A stretch of DNA of 64,000 bases. Source: Lama glama (lineage: Eukaryota). Shown here piece by piece: positions 38,001 through 50,186 of this stretch. The notes beneath the pieces were generated by a model. It was given only the letters and a program-made list of their open reading frames with translations, was not told the DNA's origin and searched no databases. The translations under genes were made by a program, and so were the position numbers. The number at the start of each line of letters is the position of its first letter. Position 1 is the stretch's first letter. The DNA lies in the NCBI GenBank assembly GCA_028534125.1, contig CM052817.1, positions 90,956,001 to 91,020,000 of the forward strand, read 5' to 3'.

Positions 38001-39024
38001 TATAAGAGCACAAGGAGCCAACTTCTTTGACCATCCTTTCCATGCATTCTGTCCTGGACTGATCTTAATCAGTGACAAATCTGAATAGAACTCTCACTCC
38101 TTTTCAGAATAAAAACACTGTCAGATTCCTCCTACAAAGTAACATTTTATGCACATAAATGCTCCCTTTTTTTCTGTTCTTTTTCATTTCCTTCCTTTAA
38201 AAAAAGATGAAAACAAACAAACAAACAAACAAAAACAAAAAAACACTAACAATGTAATGCAGAGCCAGGCACTCCGGATGGAGAAAACGCCAACCTTGAA
38301 TCTTCCTGACAATAGTGACCTGCATCTCTTTAACACGCACTTCCTCTCAGAGGGTGGCAGGGAGAAGTTTAAGTTTGAAATTCTTCAGCTGTTTCACTTG
38401 GGCTGTTCTGAGAGACTCATGGGGTGAGGACAATGGATTTTCCGTCCAACTAGAGGTGTTACTGACCCAGGTTCCTGGATTTTGTGATCAACAGAAATTG
38501 GTAAGTGGCCAGAGGAAAATTCAGGCAAGGTTTTTTTGGGACTCATGCTGCAGCACAAGGAAGCAAAAACAAGTAACAGGTACCCTTGCTCGCTCCCTGG
38601 CATGGGAGAGGACAAGCTGGTCCCTTAAATGGGGTGAGGGTAGGGGCAGAACAGTGGGTCTGCCCACCCCCTTGGTGGGGTTGCGTGCAGGGACTTTGTG
38701 CAGTACCCTGCTTTTGCACCTCAGAAATGGTGGTTGGATTTTTGGTCTCTTTGTATCTTGTTTCTCATAATTGGCCCCAACTGCACATGCACACAGTTAT
38801 TTTTAGTACTTTACAGTTTCTTTGTATCCTGTTGCTCTAGGAGACATAATGTCCAGTGCAAGCACTACAGTAAAGAAAGGGTCCCACGTCCCAACCTATT
38901 TCAGAATGTGCTCCTTTGGGAAGGTCTGTCTTATAGGTTGGGAAGCTTAGGCACCAGCAGCTGCAACTAACTACCAGAGACCCTGTTTCCTAATCTCACT
39001 GTCAACTCTGGAACCGAAGAATTA

Positions 39025-39150
39025 AGTACCTAAATCTAGACTCCCAGTGCTGGAGAATGAAATTCAATAGGTGTGGGGAAGAGTTGGGCATCTAGAGTTT
39101 TAAAAAGGTCCACAGGTGCTTCTGCTGTGCAACCAGACCCAAGAGCTGTG
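39025..39150. mobile_element. MER5-type hAT-Charlie fragment
   Basis: 'attcaataggtgtgggg...gggcatctagagttttaaaaaggtccacaggtgcttctg'. Confidence 0.6.
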
Positions 39151-39277
39151 GCCCTCACACTGTAATCTCGAATGGAAGGCACACCTGACAGGGACCCTAC
39201 TTCCCACCGCACCTCGCAGATATCCCCGCGAGAGATGAGCATTAGCAGGGAAATAAGGGAAGAGGATTGATCCTCTT

Positions 39278-39746
39278 TGTATCAATTTCCTCTTCCTGAT
39301 GTAACAAATCACCCCAGATTTAGTACCTTCAAATAACACAAATTTATCTTAAAGTTCAAGAGGTCGGATGTTCAAAAGAGGTCTTACAGGACTAACACCA
39401 AGGTGTTGGCAAACCTGTGTTCCTGACAGAGGCTCAAAGGAGAATCTGTTTCCCTGCCTTTTCCAGCTTCTAGAGGTGGCCTGCATGCCTTGGCAGGTGG
39501 CCCCCAGCGACCCCATCACTCCCATCTCTGCTTTCCTGATTCTGACTCCCCTGCCTTCCTCTTTCACTTAAAAGGACCCTGGTGATTGCATGGGCCCCAC
39601 CAGGATTAGCCAGGATAATCTCCCCCATTGGAAGATCCTTAATACAATCACATCTCAGAGTCCCCTTGCCAAGTGAAATAACAGATTCACTGGTTCTGGG
39701 GATTAGATACGGGGAGGGAGGTGACAGTGCTATTCTGTTTACCACA
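39278..39746 (-). mobile_element. MaLR solo LTR (MLT1C/D-like)
   Basis: tgtatcaatttcct...accaca ends; 'gagaatctgtttccctgccttttccagcttctagagg'; 'ccaggataatctccc'. Confidence 0.88.
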
Positions 39747-40580
39747 CTTTTCTTCTGGGAATATTGGGCCGGTCCAATTAGAGTGGAGAGTGGGTGTTTG
39801 CCAGAGGATTCTCTCATTATCAAAGTCTCAAAACTATCTTCGTTTAGTAGTCTATGCTGGTTGTGCTTGCTACTTATTTCCACTCCTGCGTTTCCTGGTT
39901 AATGATGCACTTCCATTTCATCTCTCCTCATCTTTGGAGACACACATTTCGAGATAAGACACAATGCTCGTTCCAAAATGAGACAAGGGTGCTGCGTTGG
40001 GCATGCACGAAAGAAAAATAATTTCAGAGCATAAGTTGACAAACTTTGTGCAAAACAAGCTTGGGAAACTCCACAGCCAAATATCTTCGATCAGCATTCC
40101 TGGCACGTTTGCCCATTAAATGTGAGGCAAGTCAAGCAGGTCTTTATCGTTGTTGAAATAGCAAATCTGCACATTTTGTGTGATTCAAAATATTTATAAT
40201 AGAACTGCTACTAAATATACAAGCATAGCATTGGTCCCCACATGCCAATTCTTTCTCGATTGTAAAGGAAAGCATTGTGCCCAGCAGTATAGCTCTGGGA
40301 AGGGAGTTTTGCCCATGATAATAGAGTATTTTGGGGGACAAGGAGTGTGAAGGTGGGGAGGCAATTGCAAAACTGAGGGAGACAGGATATGGGGCTCTAT
40401 TTGCTGAGGGAAAAAACAATTGGCAATACACTGGGGTTGTTAAAGAAAATAAGAAAGTTTCTTGGAAATAAAATTCAGGGAAGATGACACTGAAAGCAAG
40501 AGGAAATGAAAATTCTTTCTGATTTAAAGCAAGTACAAAAAAAACAAACAAAGCAAGTACATTTAAGAAAAAGTTAAGTG

Positions 40581-40737
40581 GGGGGTAGGATATTATAGCT
40601 CAGTGGTAGAGCGCATGCTTAGCATGCATGAGATCCTGGGTTCAATCCCCAGTACCTCCATTAAAAATAAATAAATTAATTAAAAATAAGTAAGTAAATA
40701 AACCTAACTACCTCCCTCCCCACACCCCCCACAAAAA
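40581..40737 (+). mobile_element. tRNA-Ala-derived SINE (Vic-1-like)
   Basis: Head tatagctcagtggtagagcgcatgcttagcatgcatgagatcctgggttcaatccccagtacctcca; TSD aagaaaaagt(t/g)aagtg (40565-40580, 40738-40753). Confidence 0.92.
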
Positions 40738-40839
40738 AAGAAAAAGTGAAGTGATGGTAAACATTTTTCAGATACTGCTTTGTATTTCTTGTCTTGAATG
40801 AAGGAGAAAATTAAGGAGAAATGAAGGAGAACTAAATGG

Positions 40840-41107
40840 CCAGTTCTTCATTTTTCTATTACCACGTTCATCTTTTTTATTGATTTGTAAGCACTCTTTG
40901 TGTTTTGGGGTTATTAACCTTTTTTTCCAAACTGCATATTGCAAATAGATTTCCTATTTGCCAGTCCTGTTCACAGTAAGGATGTTTTTCTCTGCAGAAG
41001 TTTTAAATTTGTAATCAGTCAAACTATCATTTTTTTCCCTTCATGCTCTGTGAACTGAGTATTAAGCTCAGAAAGGCCTTCTGTAGAAGATTATTCAAAT
41101 TTCTCCC
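40840..41107 (-). mobile_element. Ancient L1 (L1ME-like) ORF2 fragment, antisense
   Basis: 'tattgatttgtaagcactctttg', 'cagaagttttaaattt...gtcaaa', 'gaaaggccttct'. Confidence 0.65.
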
Positions 41108-41163
41108 ACTGGTAATCAAAAAATGTAAATCAAAATGAAGTTTAATTTTTTAACTATCAGATT

Positions 41164-42095
41164 CCTGCATTCACTTCCTCAGCAAACTTTTGCCAAGTGC
41201 CCAATTATATGACAAGGATTACACTAAGAGCTAGGAAACCCAGGATAAAGAAAGCAGAAAAAAAGTCCTATCCTTGTGACATTTACATTTCATTGGGTCC
41301 AGGTAAGCAGTAAAGAAGATGAATAAGTAAACTACATCATATACTGGGAAAGTGCTATGAAATAAGGTAAAGCTGGGAAAAGGGGACAAAGGATATTGAA
41401 AGGTGGAACGGGTGGCATTTTAAATAGGATCATTGGGGAAAGTCTCCCTATAGAGCCAGGCTAGTGATCCAGACAGAGCTTAGAGCCAGCATGAAGTCCT
41501 GAGGCAGGAGCTGCCTGATGTGTAAGCAAGGTGGCCAGTATGGCCAGAAGGGGAGAAAACAAAGGTAAGAGTGGAAATAGGTGGGAGAGAGGCCATATCA
41601 CCTAGATCCTGACGACCATTGCAAGGATTCAGGATTTTACAATGAATGGGATGATGGGATGGCATAGGAGGGTTTGACTAGGGGGTGATATTATCTCACA
41701 ATTTACCAGAACCACGCTGGCTTCCACGTTGAGACTAGACCCTCCTGGAAGTAGGACCGCTTGTTTGGGGACTATTGCACTGATCCAGGTGAGAGGTGGC
41801 GGTGACTTGGGCCATGTGAGGGCAGACGATTGGATGTGGTGTCTGAACAGAGTCAGAGGGCATCAGGGGTTTTGGTCTGAGCAATGAGAAGTGTGGAGTA
41901 GCCATGAACTGTGATGGGAAAGCCACGAGTGAAACAGATTTAGATACTAAAATTCCAAGTGGAGATGTCAAACAGTCTGCCACATCTACAAGGTAAATTC
42001 CAATACTCTCTTCCATTTCTGAACTAGAGATGAGCATTTGGAAATCATCAGCATATGGGTGGAATTTAAGGCCATGAATCTGACTGAGGTGACCA
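41164..42095 (-). mobile_element. L2 (L2a-like) fragment, about 0.9 kb
   Basis: Begins at the antisense 3' tail; 'ggactattgcactgatccaggtgagaggt', 'ttttggtctgagcaa', 'tccaagtggagatgtcaa', 'tttaaggccatga'. Confidence 0.85.
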
Positions 42096-42430
42096 AGATT
42101 GCCAAAGATTAAAAATAATGACAATACCAAATATTGACAGGTGCCTAAGAAAATTCACATTCTCACATGCCCTCCAACTAAATCAAGATAAGCCCTTCTG
42201 GAAAGCAGTTAGCAACACTTATCAAAATTTAAACATACATAACTTTGACCCAGCAATTCCATTTCTAGGAATTCATTTTAAGGAAGAAACCACACAAAGA
42301 AGTGAAAATAAGGATGTTCCAACCTAAACGTCCAACAAAAGGGAATTAGTTATTGTGGCACACACACAATTAATACCATACAGCCATTAAACTTGAAATA
42401 TAAAGATGTATATTGACATGCACTATCGTA
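42096..42430 (+). mobile_element. Ancient L1 (L1ME-like) fragment continuing 41108-41163
   Basis: 'agattgccaaagattaaaaataatgacaatacc', 'ctttgacccagcaattccatttctaggaat'. Confidence 0.8.
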
Positions 42431-45400
42431 TCTGTAACTTACTACATACTGTAGCGAATATAGTATACTTTAGATGTGCATTTTTTTTTCTTTATAGTTT
42501 AGGCTATACCCTAGAAGGAGATTGTTCTAATCATAAATCCACGCCCTGGGGTGGTCAGCTAGCAGTTTATCAGAAAGACCACACTCCGGAGGCGATTACT
42601 AAAAGCCCTTCTATAATCCACATCCCTAATGAACAAGAAATGGTTTTGCTAATTAGCATACTGAGTTTCAGAAATGGGTTTTCATAGGGGAAATTAATGG
42701 GTTGTTAATGAGCATAATGTGTATTAGAAATGGGCAATCACTGGTGAAATTTGTAGAATTCAAATTTGTGAACTGGCTAAAATGTTTTAGAGACACCTCC
42801 TCCCTTTGCGCAAACAGAGTAAAAAGTAATGAGAGCAGCCCAAGGGCTGTATTTTCCGGGATGTTCCCTGAGTCTTGATCCCTAAACAGTCTTGCATCCA
42901 GCCACCAGTTTAAAGACTTCTGGGTGCCTGTTGCTGACACAAAGGGTGACAGAATGTTGTCTCAAGAATTCAGAGGGGTTTCAAGTGAACCTTTCATGAC
43001 ACTATGGTTGGAGGCCTTAAGAGGAGAAACGACAGGACTTCAATGAATTTACAGAAGAGGTTAGGTGGATTGTGTGGTTTTGCCCCTGCTTGCTAACAAT
43101 TGTCGATTAGCTCTGAGATAACCTGAGAGCAAGGTCACAGGAGTAGCTCACACTTACCCCCTCTCACTGTTCACGCGGCCACTCTTTTTCACCCATAAGA
43201 ATCCAGGGTTGAGGACGAGTCAGGCAAACAGATGTCGGGGGCACAACACAGAAAGGGATGTGAGACACATACCACTTGCCCCCAAGGACTACAGAACTGG
43301 GATCCTTGGGGCAGGAAGGAATAGGGCTGAGACTTGGGCTGCATTTTTAGAATCAGAATTTAAAAAGATAAAGCTCAAAACTGTCTTTGAAAAAGTAAAG
43401 TAAAAATAGAATGGATAGAGAAAAAAAGATGGATGAGAAAATAGCCAGGGAATTCCAGTGACTTTAAATGGCCAACCAGAAATTGATATTTCACCCGTAT
43501 TCCTACCTCTATTTCACCCCTCTTTTTTTCAATAGTAGCTGTTAGGGCTTAAATCACCTACAAATTTTCTTCTACTTTTTCCCCCTGTCTCAGGAGCAAT
43601 CATTACATCCTAAGTGACTAAATTCATTTGGATATTCATACACTTGGCATATCTACCCTCTCTGGTTCTCTGCCCCTTCTAACCATGGACAGTCAGCAGT
43701 ATTGATGAATTTGTTTCCTATCATTTGTTTTAAGTAGCAAGATTTTATTCTGGTTGTTCAGATTACTAACATTTTCCATTGATTCCTGCTTCTACCCTTC
43801 CTCCTTTCTCTCTCTCCCCTTACTGTATTAAATAATCCCTGATTTATTTCTCATTTTATCTCTCCTTCCCTTCCTCCGGCTCTCTCTTCTTACTCCTTAT
43901 TGTCTCCAGCAATCCCAGGCACCTAAAGAAAATAATAGTAAGTGAAGAAGCAGCCTGGTCAGGACATGCCCCAAAAGAATTTTGTGGAATGAGTGGTACA
44001 CCCCCAACATTACAGAGGTGGTGCGTTTTTATAAACCCACACTCAAAAACTTGCCCTCAGTGAAGCTGGAAAAACATAATAATCAAATGATAAAAATTTT
44101 CTGAAAGCATTTCTCTCTGGCTTTATTAAGGCAGAATAGAAACAGATCTAGGAGGGAAGGCTAAATCACAAAACCAGAGAATGCAAGCCTTATAGAACTC
44201 TGATAAGGATGGCGAGAAACATCATTTCCTCTTCAAACAGCTTTTTAAAAAATACTATTTGATTTTGAACTCACCAGTCTATGTCTGGATGAACATTTGT
44301 TACCACACAATTATTCCCCTTTGAAAATCTCTACTGCCCGACAAACCAGTAGGAAAAGGGACTTTTCTGGCAGGGGGTGGACGAGAAGACATGAGATGCT
44401 TGACCCTTTCAACTGCTTTAAGTAGCTGCCTATTTCTTTTCTGTGTATCTTTTTTTTTCCCCTCCTCCTGCTGCTTATGACTCTTGTTTCTACTTTGCAA
44501 GGACATGTTTTACTTACCATTCTCTCTCCCCCTTCTTAATTGGCCTGCAGTAAAAACACAAATTGCACCGTGTACTTTATCATTAGCCATTTGACGAGCC
44601 CAAAATGCCCCATAAGTACCACCTAGAGGATATTAATCAGACCTGCTGACTCTTCTAAGCACCCACTTTTATATCTTGACCCCGATGAGGCCGGGGGTGG
44701 TAATCATGCCCCCCTCCTGGGGGAGCATTCAGTCACTGCCTCTCCATCAGCAAAGACACAATGAAAATGTGTGTCGTCTGTCCCGCACAAGGCGAGTCCA
44801 CAGCCCAAATCTCTCCCTCTGTCCATTAGCTTTAATGCCCATTGTACTTTATGGACATGAAAAGTCTGTCTCATTTTTTCCCCCTCTCCCTAGGTAATAC
44901 AGCATGGAATGAATGTCTGAATCCTAAAAGGGCAGCTAAGCTTGGTAATCTTCTTTGAAGTCTCATAGCTTGGCAAAGACAGCCTCCTTTCTTGGAAGCA
45001 AATCCAGGAAAACTATGGTGTCAAAAAGGCTGGAAAAAAAAAAAAGTGAGGTTCCAGCTAGACAAGCATACAGAGCTGGCTCCAGGGGTATTGTCTGCTC
45101 TGCTGTTCCCACACTGTATGTGTAACTGTATATTTCACCAGAAAACACGCATTGAATATCTGCTTATGTTATATGATGATAAAGGTTTATTGCAAGATTT
45201 CAGTTTCTCAAAGCTTGATTCTTTGTGTAAAATGTCGCTACCAGCCTTCTTGTATCAAAAATCTTGGAATTCAAATCACTGTGTGTACTCTGAAACATCA
45301 GAAAGGAGAAAACAGGTGGAAAAGATTCCAATATGAATAAACAAACTGACTATGACCTCATCTTTCTGTCTTAACTTATTCATTCAGTAACTAACTTACA

Positions 45401-46408
45401 TGGCATACCTCTGTACCTCTAGGACAAAAGTTATGTGCCAAAAACGCATCCTCATTTATTACTGAGCTGAACTGGTATTTGTCCACAGCTCAGCATGGAA
45501 TATGGTAGAACTTCAATTTCATATTTAACTTATTTTAATGCATAATTTATAATTTTGTTTAAGGTTCTATTTTCTCCACCTCAGGTCATTTCTTCACTAT
45601 CTCTATTTTCTGTTTCTAAATTTTCATGAGGTCCAAGGTTTTGTGGCCATTATGATTTTTCAAAGGACATTTTGGCTCCAAAGGGAGATCTGAATGCATT
45701 CTAACAGTAATTATCAGATAGAGGAGCTCCCAGCATAGTCTGTGCTTTCGGATGTCATTGTGCTTTCTGTTTTTATCTCAGAAGCACACACATCACTTAG
45801 AGATGTCTCACTCTTCCGCATTCACAGTTTTTCCAGATCAGTCAATGTTAAGTTCAGCAAACTGGAGGTTTTGCACCCAATTCCCTTCTGGAAGATCACC
45901 TCGTCTCAGTTAAGGAGCCCATAAAGAAAAGGCCTATCAACAGATCTCAGGAAACACCAACATTCAAACCCACAAACAGAATGAGAAGGAGCAGTGAACA
46001 AGTGTAAAAGCAAAGCAGGAGAGAAAAACCAGATGGCATCACAGAAACCAAAGAAAGAATCAAGGACAGGGTTCCATGAGGAAGACATACCAGAGGACCA
46101 GGAGAAGACTAAGGAGCAGACTCTCACCAAAACCAAGGAAAATGCCTCAGAAAACAGAGAGTGATGGTCAAAGCCATACATGAGTCAGTGCAGTTGGTGA
46201 GGGCAGACACCATGACTATCATTTCCCTTATAAGTATCCTGACACCTACCACAGTGCTGATAGATGACCGATAGATAGATGATAGACAGATGGATAGACA
46301 CAGAGAGAGATAAATAGATATATATAATGAGCATTAGGTAGCTTCCAAGTATACTTTCATATATTTTTCTGCCTGAAACACAGGAAATGGCATTCAAAAT
46401 GTAGCCAA

Positions 46409-47117
46409 GCCACTATGGAAAACAGTATGGAATTTCCTCAAAAAACAAAAAAAAGAACTACCATACAATCCAGCAATTCCACTCCTGGGTATGTATCCAA
46501 AAAAACAAACAAACAAAAACCAAAAACACTAATCTGAAAAGATACATGCATCCCAATGTTAACAGTAGGATTACTTACAACAGCCGTGATATGGAAGCAA
46601 CCTGAGTGTCCATCAACAGATGAATGCATAAAGAAGATGTGGTGTATATATACATACACAATGGACTATTACTTGGCCATAAAAATAATGAAATTCTGCC
46701 ATTTGCAACAATGTGGATGGACCCAGAGAGTATTATGCTTAGTGAAATAAGTCAACAAAGACAAATATTCTGTATGTTATCACTTATATGTGGAATCTAA
46801 AAAATAAAACTAATGAATATATATAACAAAACAGAAACAGATTCACAGATATAAAAACAAATTAGTGGTTACAAGTGGGGAGAGGAAAGGGGAAAGGGCA
46901 ATAAAGGGGTAGGGACTTAAGAGATACAAACTACTATGTATAAAATTGATATGCAACAAGGATATATTGTACAGCACAGAGAAATATAGCCATTATTTTG
47001 AAATAACTTTAAATGGAGTATATTCTATAAAAATATTGAATCACTATGCTGTACACCTGAAATTAATATAGTATTGTAAAACAACCATACTTCAGTTTGG
47101 AAAAAAAAAGAAGAAGA
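46409..47117 (+). mobile_element. 5'-truncated L1 (L1MA9-like 3' end)
   Basis: 'gcccactatggaaaacagtatgg...ccagcaattccactcctggg...tcactatgctgtacacctgaaa' plus A-tail; TSD aaaatgtagc(c/t)aa (46396-46408, 47118-47130). Confidence 0.93.
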
Positions 47118-47779
47118 AAAATGTAGCTAATACATACAGGAGCCGCTATCAAGAGAAGCCTTGGCAAAATGTTAAGTTGGTGATATTTGTTTAGGAGACA
47201 GGGTGCAACAGAGAAAAGTTGAGTGGGCAGCAAGTTAATGGACTTGATTTGTACTCTGACTCTACAATAACTCGCATGTGACCTCGAATTTACCCATAAC
47301 CTCTCTGAGTCTCAGTCTCTCCCATAGTCAGATTAGAGGAGTAGATTCTGTAGTGCTTTTTCCAACTACAAAACGTGTACAGCATCCTTTTTGCTCTTCC
47401 ACCTCAAGCCTTATCCTTTATCCATCCAGACAAAGATTTTCCCCTGGCTACCAAGTCATCCTGACCCCTTGTGCTGTCCTCTGGCCACATCTAATCCTTA
47501 CACAGAAGCCTGTCCTAGACATGCCCACTTGCTCTAAACTACCATTCCTGCAGCACAGCTGGTCTCAGCTGAGTGTTATCAAGAAAGTAAAAGTCTATTT
47601 GATTGACTCCGTACTCATTCGGTAGATTAGGTTGGTGGGCAGTATGTCTTCCATTTGGTGGAGACGTGCTTTTCACCTTTACTCTCCCCTTCTTGGACCA
47701 CATCAGCAGTACTCCAGTGCCCTCTGGCCAATGCGAAGACCTAACAGGAAATCAGAGAAAGGAAGAAAGGAGAAGAAGA

Positions 47780-48090
47780 GCATGCATCTCCCTGGCTGCT
47801 TCCCTGTAAGGTTCACTGGAGGTGGCTGATGCCTTAATTGAAGATCACTACTCATCTCTTGAAAGGGCACACTCTACGAAACTCTTTCCTCTTACGGGTT
47901 TGGTATCTGGTTCAGTAACCTCTCCATCTCACCTCCTGTGAGTCCCAGGAGTGGTAACAGCTCAAATGTTGCAACTCCAGTTTCCTGAACTATCCCTTCT
48001 GGTTTCTATCAACCCGTCCCCTTGTAAATAAAACTCTTTAGACTTTCCTTGAACTATCCTAATTTGAGTGTTTCATTTGTTTCTTGTTAA
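47780..48090 (+). mobile_element. Old ERVL-class LTR fragment
   Basis: 'ggagtggtaacagctc...cttgtaaataaaactc...gaactatcctaatttgagtgt', similar to the element at 13.7-14.3 kb. Confidence 0.5.
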
Positions 48091-50147
48091 GTATTACTGG
48101 GTTTGAGAGGGGAGAGGGGATGTTTTTAAAACCAGCTTGTTGATGTAAACTAATCTCTAGTTAGTAAAATGAAGCCAACAGTTGTGTTTTGATTTTTTTT
48201 TTAAGGTTGAAGTTCATTCTCTGGCCCATTCATAGACCAGTCTGATAATTTTCACCCTCCTACAATGTCTGAAAGATTGTACTCCTTGGTCTATACCAAT
48301 TCAAACCTTGATTAGGTTTTATTTACTAGAATTAAAAACACATCTCAAGTCTAACATGACTTCAGGAATAATTTACCCAAATCATATGATTCCCCCCAAA
48401 ATACATGCCCTGTAGACACAATATGGATTGTTTCCTCCAACTTTTTGGAATGATTGACTTTAAATGACCCTTAAAGGGCCAGTCTCATTTACACTCATGA
48501 GAAGATTCTGCTATAACATGAGCATATCAAATCCAGGTAGCATTACTGGATCCCCGTGAATTCCCAAAAGAAGAATGACCAGACAAGCAAGGAAATGGCT
48601 CAGCCAAGTAGATTTAGCCATCCTCAGAACACGTTCTAACTCCAAGAACAGTGGCCTTTGAGGAAGTTACACCTCCAGCGCACTTGACGCGTCTTTTTAT
48701 ATTGTCTGTTACAGAGGATTTTTTCCCTTTGACCTGATTTTGTAATCACTTTGCTTAGCCGGCACCATATTTGAAAATCTAGAGGTTTTGATTCCACCAT
48801 AACTCCTGAAAATACAGATGTTCTTCTTATTCAGATACAGCAAATGTCTAATTCTTGCCTCTAAATAGTCTAGGTTAATTTGCTCTCTTGATATCCCATG
48901 GCAGCAACTTCTACAGCCTAATTCCATGTTACACTGGAAAAAAAAATTCTCTTTGTGTGAAACCTGACTTCTAAGTTAAACTAAGTGAGGGAGGGAAATA
49001 GGTGTTAGAGTTTAACTTCCCCCCAAATAAATGTTACCTGAGTTAATGGTCTCAGGAGAAAAGGTAAGCACATCTCGCTCTCCATGAAGCCAATCCAACA
49101 TGTATGTATCATCCAGTAAAAGCTGGCTCTGTAAAACATATACAGAGAATCTTGTATCTCTGTATATAAATCACGTTTCTGCCGTGTGACAAGTTGTGTC
49201 CAGGCAAAGCTTATTACAAATTCTGTTTGAAATCTCGAGAAGGAATGGGAAAAAAAAAATAACAACAGCTTTGTGGAGCTACACTCAGGAAATGACTTGA
49301 ACTCACTCCAATTTTAAAGTTCCATTCTAGACAGCAAGCAGCTCAAACCCCATTTTCTGGGGGAACTGCCCTTACAGGGAAGGTGTGGCAAAGCCATCTG
49401 CTGCTTTATAGTAATGGTTTGCAGCCTTGTTTTTCTGGTCCAGCTATGAAATTGCACTAATCACAGAAACAGACTGGCCAGGAAGCGGTGGATGCCAGAT
49501 ACAAGTGAATTTAAGCCCACATGTATTGAAGCTGCAAGCTTAGTTTGCAATTTATGTGCAAGTGGTTTTATATTTATTGATCTGGACCAAGTGCAGGTCC
49601 TATAGGGGAAATATGACAGATTTCATCTGTCTGACAGCCAAGTCTAATTGTATTTTCAGTCTGAAATGACCAAAGACAAAAGTGCACATGTCGAGAGCCT
49701 TCACTTGGGTGCCATATGGAGTATTCGATTCAGGGCTGTGGTCACTGTAAGTGTTCATTTTAATAACTAGACACAGACTGCATCCTGAACAGCTAAAACA
49801 AGAGAGGTGAGAGTTTTTAATTCGAGTCTGAATTAATAGACCATCTGATTCTGCCTGAATGTGGGTGGGCCATGAAAGTATGCCTTTTATAGACCTGATC
49901 GAGGGGAATTTAAAAGATGTGTCATATATTATTGATTCCTCTAGACCATGAAACTTCCGAGCCAAAAGTCAAATACTTCCCACAATGGTTATCATTAAAA
50001 TTATAACCAGTACTTCTGGGAAGGCCTGGTATCTTAAAATCAAAAACATATTTTATAACCTTGCTTTCTAGTCAGGAAGACTAATTGTGCCTGTGAGAAT
50101 GGTGATCTATGATTTCTCTGACTGTACCTCTCTGTCTCTCTGTCTCT

Positions 50148-50186
50148 CTCATCATCATCATCATCATCATCATCATCACATCATCA
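50148..50186. repeat. (TCA)n microsatellite
   Basis: About 10 consecutive tca units followed by an interrupted extension. Confidence 0.95.

Noticed and set aside
46438..46750. ORFs overlapping L1 sequence (also 27280-27468 and 42118-42327)
   Set aside because: Decayed L1 ORF2/3' UTR remnants, not host genes
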